Notes: a model not told the origin generated them from the sequence alone. Positions 19,218-29,086 are shown, counted from the first letter of the stretch. The stretch: DNA of 64,000 bases from an uncultured Candidatus Saccharibacteria bacterium (GCA_964433905.1 CAYSSM010000001.1:60246-124245), one strand, 5' to 3'. A program made the numbers and translations.

Positions 19218-19808
19218 TTATCTTCGATAAAACTCAATAATCAATTGTTCGTCTAAGTCCGTATCAATCTCGGTCCGTAACGGAACGTGATCAACAAGCG
19301 CTTCCGTTTTTTTACCTTCGGCTTTCAACCATTTTGGGACAGTTACTTTTGTCACTTTTATATCATCGGATTTTTTTGGTGTAATTTTATCATGTGGTTT
19401 TAAAACCATTGAAGAGATGTTGCTTGGTTGGTCATTAATCATTATTTTTCGATGGCTGATTAATTGTTTGGCCTGTGTTCTGGATACCGCCCAACCTAAT
19501 CTGTAAAGAATATTGTCGAATCTTAATTCAAGCAGTTTCAATAATTCCTCGCCGGTTTGTTCGCGCGATTTAGAGGCGTTATTGAATATCTTGGCGAATT
19601 CCCGCTCTCTTAAGCCATATTCGGCTTTTGCTTTCTGCTTTTCTTGCATTTGACGTCCATACTCTGATTTTCTTGGATTTTGATTTTTAGCGCCGTGATC
19701 ACCAGGCAAATAATTTCTTCGAGTGAATGCGCATTTAGGACTGGTGCAACGAACACCTTTTAAAAATAATTTAGTTCCATGCTTTCGACAAAGACTACAT
19801 TTATCCAT
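19218..19808 (-). CDS. rpsD: 30S ribosomal protein S4
   Basis: CSLCRKHG.KLFLKG.RC, LELRFDNILYRLG, EQLIIEFYRR. Confidence 0.96.
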   Translation of the reverse strand: MDKCSLCRKHGTKLFLKGVRCTSPKCAFTRRNYLPGDHGAKNQNPRKSEYGRQMQEKQKAKAEYGLREREFAKIFNNASKSREQTGEELLKLLELRFDNILYRLGWAVSRTQAKQLISHRKIMINDQPSNISSMVLKPHDKITPKKSDDIKVTKVTVPKWLKAEGKKTEALVDHVPLRTEIDTDLDEQLIIEFYRR

Positions 19809-20191
19809 CAGACTCTCCTTGCTTTTTTGGGTCGGGTGCCGTTATGCGGAACCGGTGTAGTATCTTTAATCTGAGTAACCTTAATTCCTTGTCCACCTAT
19901 TGCTCTGACTGCGGATTCACGACCTGAACCAACGCCAGATATCATTACAACGGCTTCAGTGATACTGTATGGACCTGCTTTTTCTAAAGCTTTTCTGACA
20001 GCAATTTGAGCAGCAAATGGGGTCGATTTTTTAGCACCGCTAAAACCGACTGAGCCAGCCGTAGCCCAAGATAAAGTGTTACCGGAGGCATCAGCGATGG
20101 TTACAATACAATTATTAAAGGATGATTGGATAAAAATAATCGCTTTATCAACCTGTTTAATTTGTTTTTTCTTTTTAATCTGTTTAGCCAT
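19808..20191 (-). CDS. rpsK: 30S ribosomal protein S11
   Basis: SFNNCIVTIAD, KKSTPFAAQ, DTTPVPHNG. Confidence 0.97.
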   Translation of the reverse strand: MAKQIKKKKQIKQVDKAIIFIQSSFNNCIVTIADASGNTLSWATAGSVGFSGAKKSTPFAAQIAVRKALEKAGPYSITEAVVMISGVGSGRESAVRAIGGQGIKVTQIKDTTPVPHNGTRPKKARRV

Positions 20192-20207
20192 TTTTATACT
20201 CTAAATA

Positions 20208-20594
20208 TTATGTTTTTTCGGCAGATTTTTTGCGACCTGAACCAACGGTAACTCTTTTGCCTCTTTTGGTTCGAGCGTTTGTTCGTGTTCGCTGGCCTCT
20301 GACGGGCAAATTTTTAATATGACGGATTCCTCGATAGGATTTAATTTCCTTAATCCTCTTGATATTTTGACTTACTTCCATACGCAAATCGCCTTCAATT
20401 TTATAATTTTTATCAATAACCTCGCGGATTCTTTCAAGTTCCTGATCTGATAAATCAGCAGTTTTTGTGCCAAGTTTAATGTTGGCTAATTGACATATTT
20501 TCTTTGCTAACGGCAAACCAACACCTTTTAAATAAGAAAGTGAATATTCGATATGTTTATTATCCGGAATATTTATACCAGCAATTCTTGCCAT
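20208..20594 (-). CDS. rpsM: 30S ribosomal protein S13
   Basis: MARIAGINIP, YRGIRH..NLPVRGQRTRTNARTKRG. Confidence 0.97.
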   Translation of the reverse strand: MARIAGINIPDNKHIEYSLSYLKGVGLPLAKKICQLANIKLGTKTADLSDQELERIREVIDKNYKIEGDLRMEVSQNIKRIKEIKSYRGIRHIKNLPVRGQRTRTNARTKRGKRVTVGSGRKKSAEKT

Positions 20595-20602
20595 ATTTCC
20601 TC

Positions 20603-20716
20603 TTAACCCTGACGCTGCTTATGTTTGGGAGTACTGCAAATTACCCGCAATACTCCATGACGGCGAATTATTTTACATTTTTGACAAATTTTTTTGACCG
20701 ATGGTCTTACTTTCAT
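20603..20716 (-). CDS. rpmJ: 50S ribosomal protein L36 (below ORF-track length cut-off)
   Basis: manual translation [37 protein letters not shown]; between infA and rpsM. Confidence 0.96.
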   Translation of the reverse strand: MKVRPSVKKICQKCKIIRRHGVLRVICSTPKHKQRQG

Positions 20717-20771
20717 AAGTATAAATCCTTGGTTGACACCCTGTGGTCTTTGCCACAGGGGGATTTACAAA
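20717..20771. repeat. family B miniature element copy 1, abutting rpmJ start
   Basis: TAAATCC...GGATTTA terminal inverted repeats; internal CCCTGTGG/CCACAGGG hairpin; homologous to 22685-22802. Confidence 0.75.
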
Positions 20772-20849
20772 CGCCTCGCTGATAACTAATCTTTCTAATA
20801 ACAAATAGGGTTAGTTATTGGTTTAAATTCGTTATTAGTGAGGAGACGG

Positions 20850-21062
20850 CTACAGTCGTCTAGTTATTCTACCTTTAGTCAAATCGTATGGCGACATTTC
20901 TAATTGAACCCGATCACCGGGCAATATTTTTATGTAATGTAGGCGGATTTTCCCTGAAATGTAAGCTAAGACAATTTGATTATTGTCTAACTCAACTCTA
21001 AAAATAGCATTAGGCAATGCCTCAACGACTTCGCCTTCAAAAATCAATTTTTCTTTTTTCAA
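20850..21062 (-). CDS. infA: translation initiation factor IF-1
   Basis: [45 protein letters not shown]. Confidence 0.97.
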   Translation of the reverse strand: MKKEKLIFEGEVVEALPNAIFRVELDNNQIVLAYISGKIRLHYIKILPGDRVQLEMSPYDLTKGRITRRL

Positions 21063-21132
21063 TTAACTTCCTCAACTCATCAAATACTGAATAAATTAGT
21101 ATATTTATACATTAATATTATCATAATATCTT

Positions 21133-21945
21133 CTATTCGTCAAGTGTCATGGTGGCGAAAAGTTCATTTTTTCTTACCAATGACAGGATTAAACTTCTTA
21201 AAAAGGGAACTCTCAATTGGCTATGATACTGACTAATAGCCTTTTCCTTGAGTTTCAAATCATCATCGGAAAGTAAGAGTCTTTTCCATTGTTTATCATT
21301 TGTAACTACATCGACAGGTGGCAATAAAAATAAATTTGGACGATATTTTTTAGGTTGAGGGTAGCGATAATCATGAATTAAATATTTGTAAGCTGTAACT
21401 TTACTGTTATTTTTAATAACTTTTTCAACAATTTGGCCGGTTACTGAATGGTCGGGATGGATATCTAAAGGATGGGGATAAGCAATATAATTTGGCTCAA
21501 AATCGTCAATTTGATCTTTAAATAGCTTGTCTAATAATACTTCATCTTTCCCTCTTAATTTTCCGTCAGGCAAGTCTAAAAAGACTAAATTGTCGTTTTT
21601 TACTCCGAGGATACTAGTTGCTTTTCTAAATTCTTCATATCTTTTGACTTCTTTGCCCTGTTTATTACCGTCGGTCACCAAGATGATTTTCACAATTGCT
21701 TCGCGTTTAGTTGCTTCAATAATATAACCACCAACACCGATGGTTTCATCGTCAGGATGAGGAGAAAACACCAATAATTTGTCCCCCTTTTGAGGAACAT
21801 TAATATTATCCAGCAAATAAATAGCAGATTGCGGTAAAACATGGTTAAAACTGGCATAAATAAAGCTTGGAACAAAAAATAAACTTAAAACAATAACGAC
21901 TATTTGAATTTTGCGATTTAAAAATAATTTCTTTACTTTACTCAT
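21133..21945 (-). CDS. membrane-anchored PIG-L/LmbE-family deacetylase
   Basis: FSPHPDDETIG, VTDG, HPDH, YHSQL motifs; N-terminal TM helix. Confidence 0.88.
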   Translation of the reverse strand: MSKVKKLFLNRKIQIVVIVLSLFFVPSFIYASFNHVLPQSAIYLLDNINVPQKGDKLLVFSPHPDDETIGVGGYIIEATKREAIVKIILVTDGNKQGKEVKRYEEFRKATSILGVKNDNLVFLDLPDGKLRGKDEVLLDKLFKDQIDDFEPNYIAYPHPLDIHPDHSVTGQIVEKVIKNNSKVTAYKYLIHDYRYPQPKKYRPNLFLLPPVDVVTNDKQWKRLLLSDDDLKLKEKAISQYHSQLRVPFLRSLILSLVRKNELFATMTLDE

Positions 21946-22684
21946 GGGTAAGAATTTCAACGCCATCTTTTGTTACTGCGATTGTATGTTCAAAATGAGC
22001 CGATAAGGAATTGTCGATTGTTACAACAGTCCAGCCATCGTTAAGTATCTTTACTTTCCAATCGCCAGCTGAGACCATTGGTTCGATGGCCAATGTCATC
22101 CCCTCTTTTAAAACCGGTCCTGTTTTTCTTTTGCCAAAATTTAATATTGATGGTGGTTCTTGTAAATTTGTACCAATGCCATGTCCAGCCAAATCCCGGA
22201 TAATACTGTAATTTGCGCCTTCAATAATTGATTGAATACAATTTTGAATATCACCTAAATAAACTCCGGGTTTAATTTTTGATATGCCTTCGTGAAGCGA
22301 TTCTTTGGTAATTTTTAGCAATTGTTTTTTTTTAAAATCAATTTTACCGATAGCCACGGTGGCAGCGGTGTCGGTGTGATATGATTTCCATAATATTCCA
22401 ATATCAAGACCCAAAAGATCGCCCTCGCGCAAGATTCTGTTCGATGGTATGCCATGGACGACCTCATTGTTAACTGAAGTGCAAATTGTCGCCGGATAAC
22501 CATGATGACCTAAAAAAGATGATTTAGCACCGGATTTCTTAATTTCTTCTGTTGCGATGTTGTCAAGTTCTTTGGTAGTTGTTCCGGGTTTTGAAGCAAC
22601 AGTTAGTATATTTAAAATATGAGCGGCAATTTTACCACCTTCCTTCATAATTTGAATCTCTTTTTCTGTTTTAATCGAAATCAT
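21938..22684 (-). CDS. map: methionine aminopeptidase type I
   Basis: CTSVNNEVVHGIP, DTAAT, GHGIG, AIEPM, SAHFEHT. Confidence 0.97.
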   Translation of the reverse strand: MISIKTEKEIQIMKEGGKIAAHILNILTVASKPGTTTKELDNIATEEIKKSGAKSSFLGHHGYPATICTSVNNEVVHGIPSNRILREGDLLGLDIGILWKSYHTDTAATVAIGKIDFKKKQLLKITKESLHEGISKIKPGVYLGDIQNCIQSIIEGANYSIIRDLAGHGIGTNLQEPPSILNFGKRKTGPVLKEGMTLAIEPMVSAGDWKVKILNDGWTVVTIDNSLSAHFEHTIAVTKDGVEILTHE

Positions 22685-22802
22685 AAGTATAAATCCATGG
22701 TTAACACCATATGGTCTCGGTCACAGTTCCATATATCTTTCAAAAAATAGTTTTTAATTTATATTAACGCCCTGCGGTCTCTGTCACAAGGGGATTTACA
22801 AA
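22685..22802. repeat. family B miniature element copy 2 (two units plus AT-rich spacer), abutting map start
   Basis: begins AAGTATAAATCCATGGTTAACACC and ends GGGGATTTACAAA as in copy 1. Confidence 0.75.
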
Positions 22803-22809
22803 TATGAAT

Positions 22810-23457
22810 TTATGTGGTTACTTTTTGGATATTTTCCCAAACTTTTTCGATCGAAGGATTGCCATCGACATTAATTAGTGTCCCTTTGTTTTTAAAAAAA
22901 CTAATTAAGGGTAATGTTTGTTGGTTATAAACATCAATTCTTTTTGTCAAAACAGCGAATTGGTCTTCAACGCGCACAACAAGATTGCCGCCACACCGAT
23001 CACACTTGGTTATTCCATTTTTGTTCGGATCTTCAAAAACTGTTTGACACTTGTCACACACTCTCCTTGTTTGCATCCTCAAAACCAACAATTTAGCATC
23101 GACAACCAAATTGATTACTTTAACATTGTTAATATGTTTTTTCGAAAGAATTTTTTCTAAATGCTCAGCCTGGGCGATAGTTCTTGGGTATCCGTCAAAG
23201 ACAACCCCGTGGTCAATTTCGAGTTCATCTACTTTTTTTGCAACAAATTTTTGTACCAATTCCTCTGAAATTAACTTGCCTTTACCTTCATCCCAAACCT
23301 TTTTAAATTCTAAACCTAAGGCAGTGTTCAGCTCTGCTTCCCGGCGCATTAAATCTCCGGTACCAAAATAAACATAATCAAGTTTATCGGCCAATTTACG
23401 GGCTTGCGTACCTTTCCCTGAACCAGGCGGTCCTAATATTATATAATTTTTTAGCAT
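22810..23457 (-). CDS. adk: adenylate kinase
   Basis: GPPGSGKGTQA P-loop, DGYPRT, zinc LID CDKC...CDRC. Confidence 0.96.
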   Translation of the reverse strand: MLKNYIILGPPGSGKGTQARKLADKLDYVYFGTGDLMRREAELNTALGLEFKKVWDEGKGKLISEELVQKFVAKKVDELEIDHGVVFDGYPRTIAQAEHLEKILSKKHINNVKVINLVVDAKLLVLRMQTRRVCDKCQTVFEDPNKNGITKCDRCGGNLVVRVEDQFAVLTKRIDVYNQQTLPLISFFKNKGTLINVDGNPSIEKVWENIQKVTT

Positions 23458-23472
23458 AATTTACTCAGAAGT

Positions 23473-24084
23473 TTACGGTGAGGCTGTTGAAGAAGCAATT
23501 GGTGAAGGACTAACCACCGCAGAAGGTGACACATCAACATTTTCTTTTACTGCATCTATTAGCCAGATATTATTTTCTAATATGGTTTTAACTATTCTAT
23601 TAGTTGGATTGTTGGGATAATTTAATACAATCTTTGACTCAACCGTAGATTCGTCAATTTGTTTCGAGGAAGAAATTTGAAAGTCTACCGGTTTTTCCTT
23701 AACGGATAAGAATTGGTTAAGCTGAAGTAAAATATTGGAATAAAATTCACCTTTTTCGTCTTTATAGGTAGCCAATTTGGCTTGAGCAGAAATGGTCAAC
23801 AAGTCTTTAGCTTTACTTCCTTGGATTTTTCCTTCTTCAGTTGAAGAAGAATTACTCCAAAAATCTAAAAAACTTGTTACTACTTTTTCGGATTTTGTTT
23901 TCCATTCGGCTTCGGTAATATTAATATCAGGGCTGGAAGTTACTGCCGAACCGTTAACGATATAGGTTTTATAATACCAAAAACTGCCACCAATTGTCAA
24001 AGCGATAATGACAGCAATCACGAACCATTTTACAACATTACCTTCTGAAGGAATTGGAGACTGGTTATAAGAATTTTGATCCAT
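23473..24084 (-). CDS. hypothetical membrane-anchored surface protein
   Basis: single N-terminal TM helix, Ser/Pro-rich C-terminal tail. Confidence 0.7.
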   Translation of the reverse strand: MDQNSYNQSPIPSEGNVVKWFVIAVIIALTIGGSFWYYKTYIVNGSAVTSSPDINITEAEWKTKSEKVVTSFLDFWSNSSSTEEGKIQGSKAKDLLTISAQAKLATYKDEKGEFYSNILLQLNQFLSVKEKPVDFQISSSKQIDESTVESKIVLNYPNNPTNRIVKTILENNIWLIDAVKENVDVSPSAVVSPSPIASSTASP

Positions 24085-24100
24085 TATACCTCGCAAAAAA

Positions 24101-24784
24101 TTACTGGGCTGGAATTATCATCTCAATTACCCAAATACCTTTATCGCCCTTCGTGATTGGCTGAATCAATTTTATTAAATATTTGCCATTTTCATTTTCA
24201 GCAATAACTTCGGCTTTGCCGCTATTAGTATCTTTGCTTTTTTGAGTATATGTATCTGTGATTTTCAAGCCGTATACATTTGGACCGTCGGCTCGAGCCG
24301 TATCTTCAGGACTTAAACGAAATTGATTTTTGCCAGTTTCGACAGCCGTTTGCAAGGTAGTCGATTTGCTGTTGTCTATTGTATAAGCAACTTGACCATT
24401 TCTTGGAATAATTAAAACTTGCCCGGCTTGCACTTTATCTTTATCGGTGATACCATTGGCGGCTGATAAATCTGTCAATGTCGTACCGTTTTTTTGAGCA
24501 ATAGCAAAAAGTGTTTCGCCTTGCTGAATGGTGTAAGTATCTGTCGGATGTGACGGTCTTTCATTTGCTGAAGTAGCCTTTGTCACAGTTGAATTATTAT
24601 CGTTCAAAGGCGAACCAGAAAGCACGCCAGTTGAAGAACTATCAGCTGTTTTTGTTTCAGCTGGCACCTTAGTTTCATCATTTTTTGTTGTGCGGCCATT
24701 AAAAAATAAAAATGTCGTACTTGCCGCCAGCAAGGCTACTAAAAAAACTAAGCTATAAAGCAATAATCTTGTTTGTTTAGCCAT
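24101..24784 (-). CDS. LysM-domain membrane-anchored protein
   Basis: YTIQQGETLFAIAQKNGTT...GQVLIIP LysM; N-terminal TM. Confidence 0.85.
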   Translation of the reverse strand: MAKQTRLLLYSLVFLVALLAASTTFLFFNGRTTKNDETKVPAETKTADSSSTGVLSGSPLNDNNSTVTKATSANERPSHPTDTYTIQQGETLFAIAQKNGTTLTDLSAANGITDKDKVQAGQVLIIPRNGQVAYTIDNSKSTTLQTAVETGKNQFRLSPEDTARADGPNVYGLKITDTYTQKSKDTNSGKAEVIAENENGKYLIKLIQPITKGDKGIWVIEMIIPAQ

Positions 24785-24798
24785 TTTTACCCCCAATA

Positions 24799-25767
24799 TT
24801 ATTGCCAACCCAAGACTTGATTGCCTTTTTGGATTGGTTTTATTAAATCTTTATCTAATCGAACGATGTAAATTTGCCCTGTTGTATTATTATCGACTTT
24901 ATCTTTGTATTGGGCAGCAATATATGCTAAATTATTGTTCTTTAAATATACGAAATTTGCGATTCCACCACTTATTTCAGCAATTTCTTTTTCATTTTGG
25001 CCGTTTGTATCAATTTCGATTATTTTGGAAGATTTACCATTAAACGATCTTGTTGAAAGAATTATTTTATTGTTCGTAGATGAGATCCAATCAATTATCT
25101 TATTTTCGTAGATTTTAATTTGCGATTTTTCCTTATCGACAAGATCGATTCTATTTAATTCGGCATTATTACCAGACATAACCGAATATAAAATAGCATC
25201 TCCCTGTATATTCCAAGCAAAACTATTTATTTCCGTCTCGGAATTAGTCAAATTCCGGCGATTTTCTCCCGAAAGACTTTCAGTATATAATGTATAACCG
25301 TAGTTTTCTTCCAAATTAGAAAACTTAATATAAGCAATGGTTTTTCCATCTGGCGAAACGAGCCATTTTAGAGGTAACACAAACTCTTTTCTTATGGATT
25401 TAATTTGAGCATTATATAAATCAATGCTTATCAATTCACCTGAAGTTGCGCTTTTATCTTTTGCTACTATTGCCAAAACTTGATTAGACTGGCTAACCAA
25501 GTTTGACAAAGATATGATTTTTTTATTTTCATCAAAATCGGTAAAAACTTTTTTCCTGGCATCCCCATCAGTTTGCCATATTTCAAACGCGCTACCTTTA
25601 TTAGTATAGGTTAAAATTTCTGCAATTTCAGCGGTTTTTAAGGTCTTACTTTCACTAACACTTATTTCTTTAGATGTCTGTTTGTCTAAGTAATTAATAT
25701 TTATATACCAAGACAATCCTCCAATTACCGCCAGAAATAAAATAACAGTAATGATTTTTTGGGCCAT
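24799..25767 (-). CDS. TolB-like beta-propeller surface protein
   Basis: VSPDGKTIAY, FAWNIQGDAILY repeats; N-terminal TM. Confidence 0.7.
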   Translation of the reverse strand: MAQKIITVILFLAVIGGLSWYININYLDKQTSKEISVSESKTLKTAEIAEILTYTNKGSAFEIWQTDGDARKKVFTDFDENKKIISLSNLVSQSNQVLAIVAKDKSATSGELISIDLYNAQIKSIRKEFVLPLKWLVSPDGKTIAYIKFSNLEENYGYTLYTESLSGENRRNLTNSETEINSFAWNIQGDAILYSVMSGNNAELNRIDLVDKEKSQIKIYENKIIDWISSTNNKIILSTRSFNGKSSKIIEIDTNGQNEKEIAEISGGIANFVYLKNNNLAYIAAQYKDKVDNNTTGQIYIVRLDKDLIKPIQKGNQVLGWQ

Positions 25768-25864
25768 ACATATTCACTAATCTTGGTTACAATTACATCA
25801 AAACAAAGTAAGACCTTTAGTTGTTACTTTTAACCATAACTTATTGCCAGAAACATGACTAAGC

Positions 25865-26179
25865 TTATACCTCTGGTGATGTGGTAGCAGAAGGTGATAC
25901 CGATGGTGACGCAGACGGTGATGTCGATGGTGAAGCTGACGGAGAGGCGGATTTAGCTGGCGATGGACTTACGCTAGATTTTACCGTTGGTGATTTGGTC
26001 ACACTCGCGGTTGGTGACGGTGAAGTAGTGGGAGTCGACTTTTTGGAAAAGTTGGTGTAATAATACACACCACCTGCTACCAAGATAACTATCACCAAAA
26101 TGATTAATAGCCATTTTAGTGATCCGCCGCTTTGTGGAGCGGCTGTTGGTGCCGGCATTCCGGGTTGAGGTTGATTCAT
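25865..26179 (-). CDS. small membrane-anchored Ser/Pro/Thr-rich protein
   Basis: TM helix followed by (SPxA/T)n low-complexity tail; GGAGG SD upstream. Confidence 0.75.
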   Translation of the reverse strand: MNQPQPGMPAPTAAPQSGGSLKWLLIILVIVILVAGGVYYYTNFSKKSTPTTSPSPTASVTKSPTVKSSVSPSPAKSASPSASPSTSPSASPSVSPSATTSPEV

Positions 26180-26321
26180 AAAACCCTCCTTATATATTAT
26201 TATAGATGATTAGATGATAGGATCAATAGGGAATCGCCTATTTACCCGTTTATGTTTGTTCTAACCACCTTTTTATTAATATGTATCGTACTGACGCAAT
26301 TAGTAGCTGTGCCTGTAACTA

Positions 26322-26388
26322 GCTTTAATAATTCTCGTAGGATCGCATTAACAACTGTGCCTGTATTTGTCTCATTGTTTCTATTATA
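26322..26388. repeat. perfect 67-bp duplicate of secY 3' end (identical to 26445-26511)
   Basis: GCTTTAATAATTCTCGTAGG...GTTTCTATTATA at both positions, 123 bp apart. Confidence 0.9.
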
Positions 26389-26447
26389 TTTTGCCGAAGC
26401 AAAATTCGGAAATAGAAACAATATTTTTCAATAATTAACACTTGGCT

Positions 26448-27722
26448 TTAATAATTCTCGTAGGATCGCATTAACAACTGTGCCTGTATTTGTCTCATTG
26501 TTTCTATTATAACAGAAACCATAATTAAAATACCAGTGCCACCAATTACTAAAGTATTTATCTTAGTAATTGCCTGGATAATAAACGGCAAAACAGCAAT
26601 AACTCCAAGGAATAAGGCACCGGTAAGATTAATTCGAGAGATAATTCTTGCCAGATAAGATGAAGTTTCCCCTCCGGGTCTGACACCAGGGATAAAACCG
26701 CCTTGTTTTTGCAGATTTTCTGAGATTTGATTGGGTTTTAAAACAATCCCAGTATAAAAGAAGGTGAACAAGATAACTAATATAAAGTAGAAAATTCCAT
26801 AAAACAAATTGTTATTAAACAAATTAGCAACCCATGTAGAAGCGGAAGCGAGCCACTCTGAACGAGCCTGAGTCAAGACTTTAGCCGCTACCCCAGGAAA
26901 GATCATGATCGACATGGCAAAGATAATTGGGATGACCCCAGCGGTATTTACTCTGATTGGAAGATAAGAGTCAACTCCGCCGTACGATTTCATGCCGCGA
27001 ATGCGCCTGGCGTATGATACGGGTATTTGGCGCCGACCCTCATTAACAATAATAATTAAAATAACTACAGCAATAGCAATGAGCCCAAATAAGGCTAGAC
27101 TAATAATTTTAGTCGTATCCATAACTGCCAGCGTATTTCTTACTTGGGCAGGTACACTGGCAATTATTCCTAAGGCAATAATCAACGAGATACCGTTACC
27201 GATGCCATTTTCAGAAATTAATTCTCCAATCCACATCAGCAAGATCGTGCCGGCGGTAATCGAAAGTAACATTACCGCTAATTGGAGCGGCGTCCATGAA
27301 AACAATATCCCTTGACTTTTAAGCAAAGTTAACATGCTAAAAGATTGGATCAGTGCTAACGGCACGGTGATAATTCTCGTCCAGTAATTAATTTTTTTCT
27401 GACCTGATTCACCTTCCTTTCGAAGTTCTTCCAATGAAGGAATCACCATGGTCAAAAGCTGAACAATAATCGTGGCGGTAATATACGGTCCGACACCCAT
27501 CATAATAATCGAAAAATTTTCCATCGAACCGCCGGAAAACATATTTAATAAACCAAAAATTTGGTTTCTCGAGAAAAAAGTTCTCAAAGCTTCAATATCA
27601 ACACCGGGCAGAGGAATATGAGCTAAAACTCTCGTAATAACCATTAGACTAATAGTATAGAGAATCTTTTTTCTTAGATCAGGCAGGGTAAAAACTTGAT
27701 TAATTGTTTGCCAAATACGCAT
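26448..27722 (-). CDS. secY: preprotein translocase subunit SecY
   Basis: HIPLPGVD, MGVGPYITATIIVQLL, GIGNGISLII, GVIPIIFA, GGFIPGVRPG, GGTGILI. Confidence 0.98.
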   Translation of the reverse strand: MRIWQTINQVFTLPDLRKKILYTISLMVITRVLAHIPLPGVDIEALRTFFSRNQIFGLLNMFSGGSMENFSIIMMGVGPYITATIIVQLLTMVIPSLEELRKEGESGQKKINYWTRIITVPLALIQSFSMLTLLKSQGILFSWTPLQLAVMLLSITAGTILLMWIGELISENGIGNGISLIIALGIIASVPAQVRNTLAVMDTTKIISLALFGLIAIAVVILIIIVNEGRRQIPVSYARRIRGMKSYGGVDSYLPIRVNTAGVIPIIFAMSIMIFPGVAAKVLTQARSEWLASASTWVANLFNNNLFYGIFYFILVILFTFFYTGIVLKPNQISENLQKQGGFIPGVRPGGETSSYLARIISRINLTGALFLGVIAVLPFIIQAITKINTLVIGGTGILIMVSVIIETMRQIQAQLLMRSYENY

Positions 27723-27828
27723 AAAATATCATTTAACTTAAAATATAAACCTTTATGGGTTCTATTTTATTCTATCATTTGAGTCGAATTAGTCAACTAA
27801 GCAGATTGTTTATAAGAACCTGCTGTTA

Positions 27829-28275
27829 TCAACGAAGACTTTTCTTTTTTACGAGTTTTATTTTTTCAATTTTCGCATCGCGTATTTTTTTAACTAACGA
27901 GATCTCCCTAAAAATATAGTTTTTGGTTGGCTTTATGTCGGTTACAATCTTTACTGCCAAAGTCTTATTTTTAATTAATCCTTTTTCGAAAAGAGCTTTT
28001 ATGTCAATCTTACTACCTGGTTTAAATTTACTTTCAATAACGGAAATTTTAATTATTTCCGGTTTTTGCTGACGGCTGGCAAAGCCTTTTTTCTTGGGCG
28101 ATCTTTGAATTAACGCCATCTGCCCACCTTCAAATCGACGGGGAATATTATAACCAGAACGCGATTTTTGGCCTTTAGTTCCACGACCAGAGGTTTTACC
28201 TCGGCCACTACCCAAACCACGACCTACGCGTTTATTTTGCGTGATAGTTGTTTTTATCTTTTCATTTAGTTTCAT
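27829..28275 (-). CDS. rplO: 50S ribosomal protein L15
   Basis: [32 protein letters not shown]. Confidence 0.96.
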   Translation of the reverse strand: MKLNEKIKTTITQNKRVGRGLGSGRGKTSGRGTKGQKSRSGYNIPRRFEGGQMALIQRSPKKKGFASRQQKPEIIKISVIESKFKPGSKIDIKALFEKGLIKNKTLAVKIVTDIKPTKNYIFREISLVKKIRDAKIEKIKLVKKKSLR

Positions 28276-28771
28276 TTTCATCCTTTTTGAGTGCTGACAA
28301 TTTTTTAAAAGCTTCAATCACCGCAATACTGTTGTTGATTTTATTGGCAGTACCCAATATTTTTCCGACAATATTTCTGATCCCTGCCAGTTCACAAACA
28401 ACTCTAACGGCGCCGCCAGCAATAATCGATGTGCCAGGCCTCGCCGGTTTTAAAATGATATGAGCAGCACCGATTTTTATTTCAATCTTATACGGTATAG
28501 TTTCGTTAGTGATAGGCACATCAATCATGTTTTTTTGCGCCACACGGGTCGCTTTAGTGACAGCATTAGCCACTTCAGTTGCTTTTCCAACGCCAATTCC
28601 CACGCGACCAGCTCGATTACCAATAATCACTAATACCCTGAATCTGATTCTTTTTCCACCGCGAACAGTACGCGAAATTCTGTCTACCTGTAAAACTTTT
28701 TTTTCGTTTTCAGTTGAGCCTTCTTCTCCGCCTCCAACTTTGTTGTAACGATTAGTATTTTGATATGTCAT
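28262..28771 (-). CDS. rpsE: 30S ribosomal protein S5
   Basis: [31 protein letters not shown]; no rpmD between rpsE and rplO. Confidence 0.96.
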   Translation of the reverse strand: MTYQNTNRYNKVGGGEEGSTENEKKVLQVDRISRTVRGGKRIRFRVLVIIGNRAGRVGIGVGKATEVANAVTKATRVAQKNMIDVPITNETIPYKIEIKIGAAHIILKPARPGTSIIAGGAVRVVCELAGIRNIVGKILGTANKINNSIAVIEAFKKLSALKKDENETK

Positions 28772-29086
28772 TTAAAACTCCAAACCAGCTTTTCTTAAAT
28801 CTTCAGCTATTTTTTGTACTCTGCCATGATATTGATAACCGCTGCGGTCAAAAACAATTTTCTTTATATTTTTTTTGAGTAATTTTTGAGTCAGTTCTTG
28901 AGCTGGATCTTTAGATTTTAAAGTCGATGCCGAAGCGATCGTCATACCTTTACTATCATCGATTACCTGTAAATAAAGGTTGTTGTTTGAACGAAAAACC
29001 GACAACCTCGGCCGCACGGTTATACCAGTTAATTTCCCTCTAATTCTTTTTTTACGATTGATTCTATTATCCATTTTTTTCCTCAT
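28772..29086 (-). CDS. rplR: 50S ribosomal protein L18
   Basis: RPRLSVFRSN, VFDRSGYQYHGRV, AGLEF. Confidence 0.96.
   Translation of the reverse strand: MRKKMDNRINRKKRIRGKLTGITVRPRLSVFRSNNNLYLQVIDDSKGMTIASASTLKSKDPAQELTQKLLKKNIKKIVFDRSGYQYHGRVQKIAEDLRKAGLEF

Noticed and set aside
25870-26040. 12-bp quasi-repeats in the Ser/Pro-rich gene
   Set aside because: Explained by codon-level SPxx protein repeats
26252-26434. 60-aa plus-strand ORF
   Set aside because: Composed of antisense secY duplicate sequence; no evidence of real coding
26276-26511. Diversity-generating retroelement TR/VR pair
   Set aside because: One copy is identical and the other differs at all base types in a codon-like manner; no reverse transcriptase present
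28262-28275. Absence of rpmD (L30) between rpsE and rplO
   Set aside because: Known general feature of CPR bacteria; used only as a taxonomic clue
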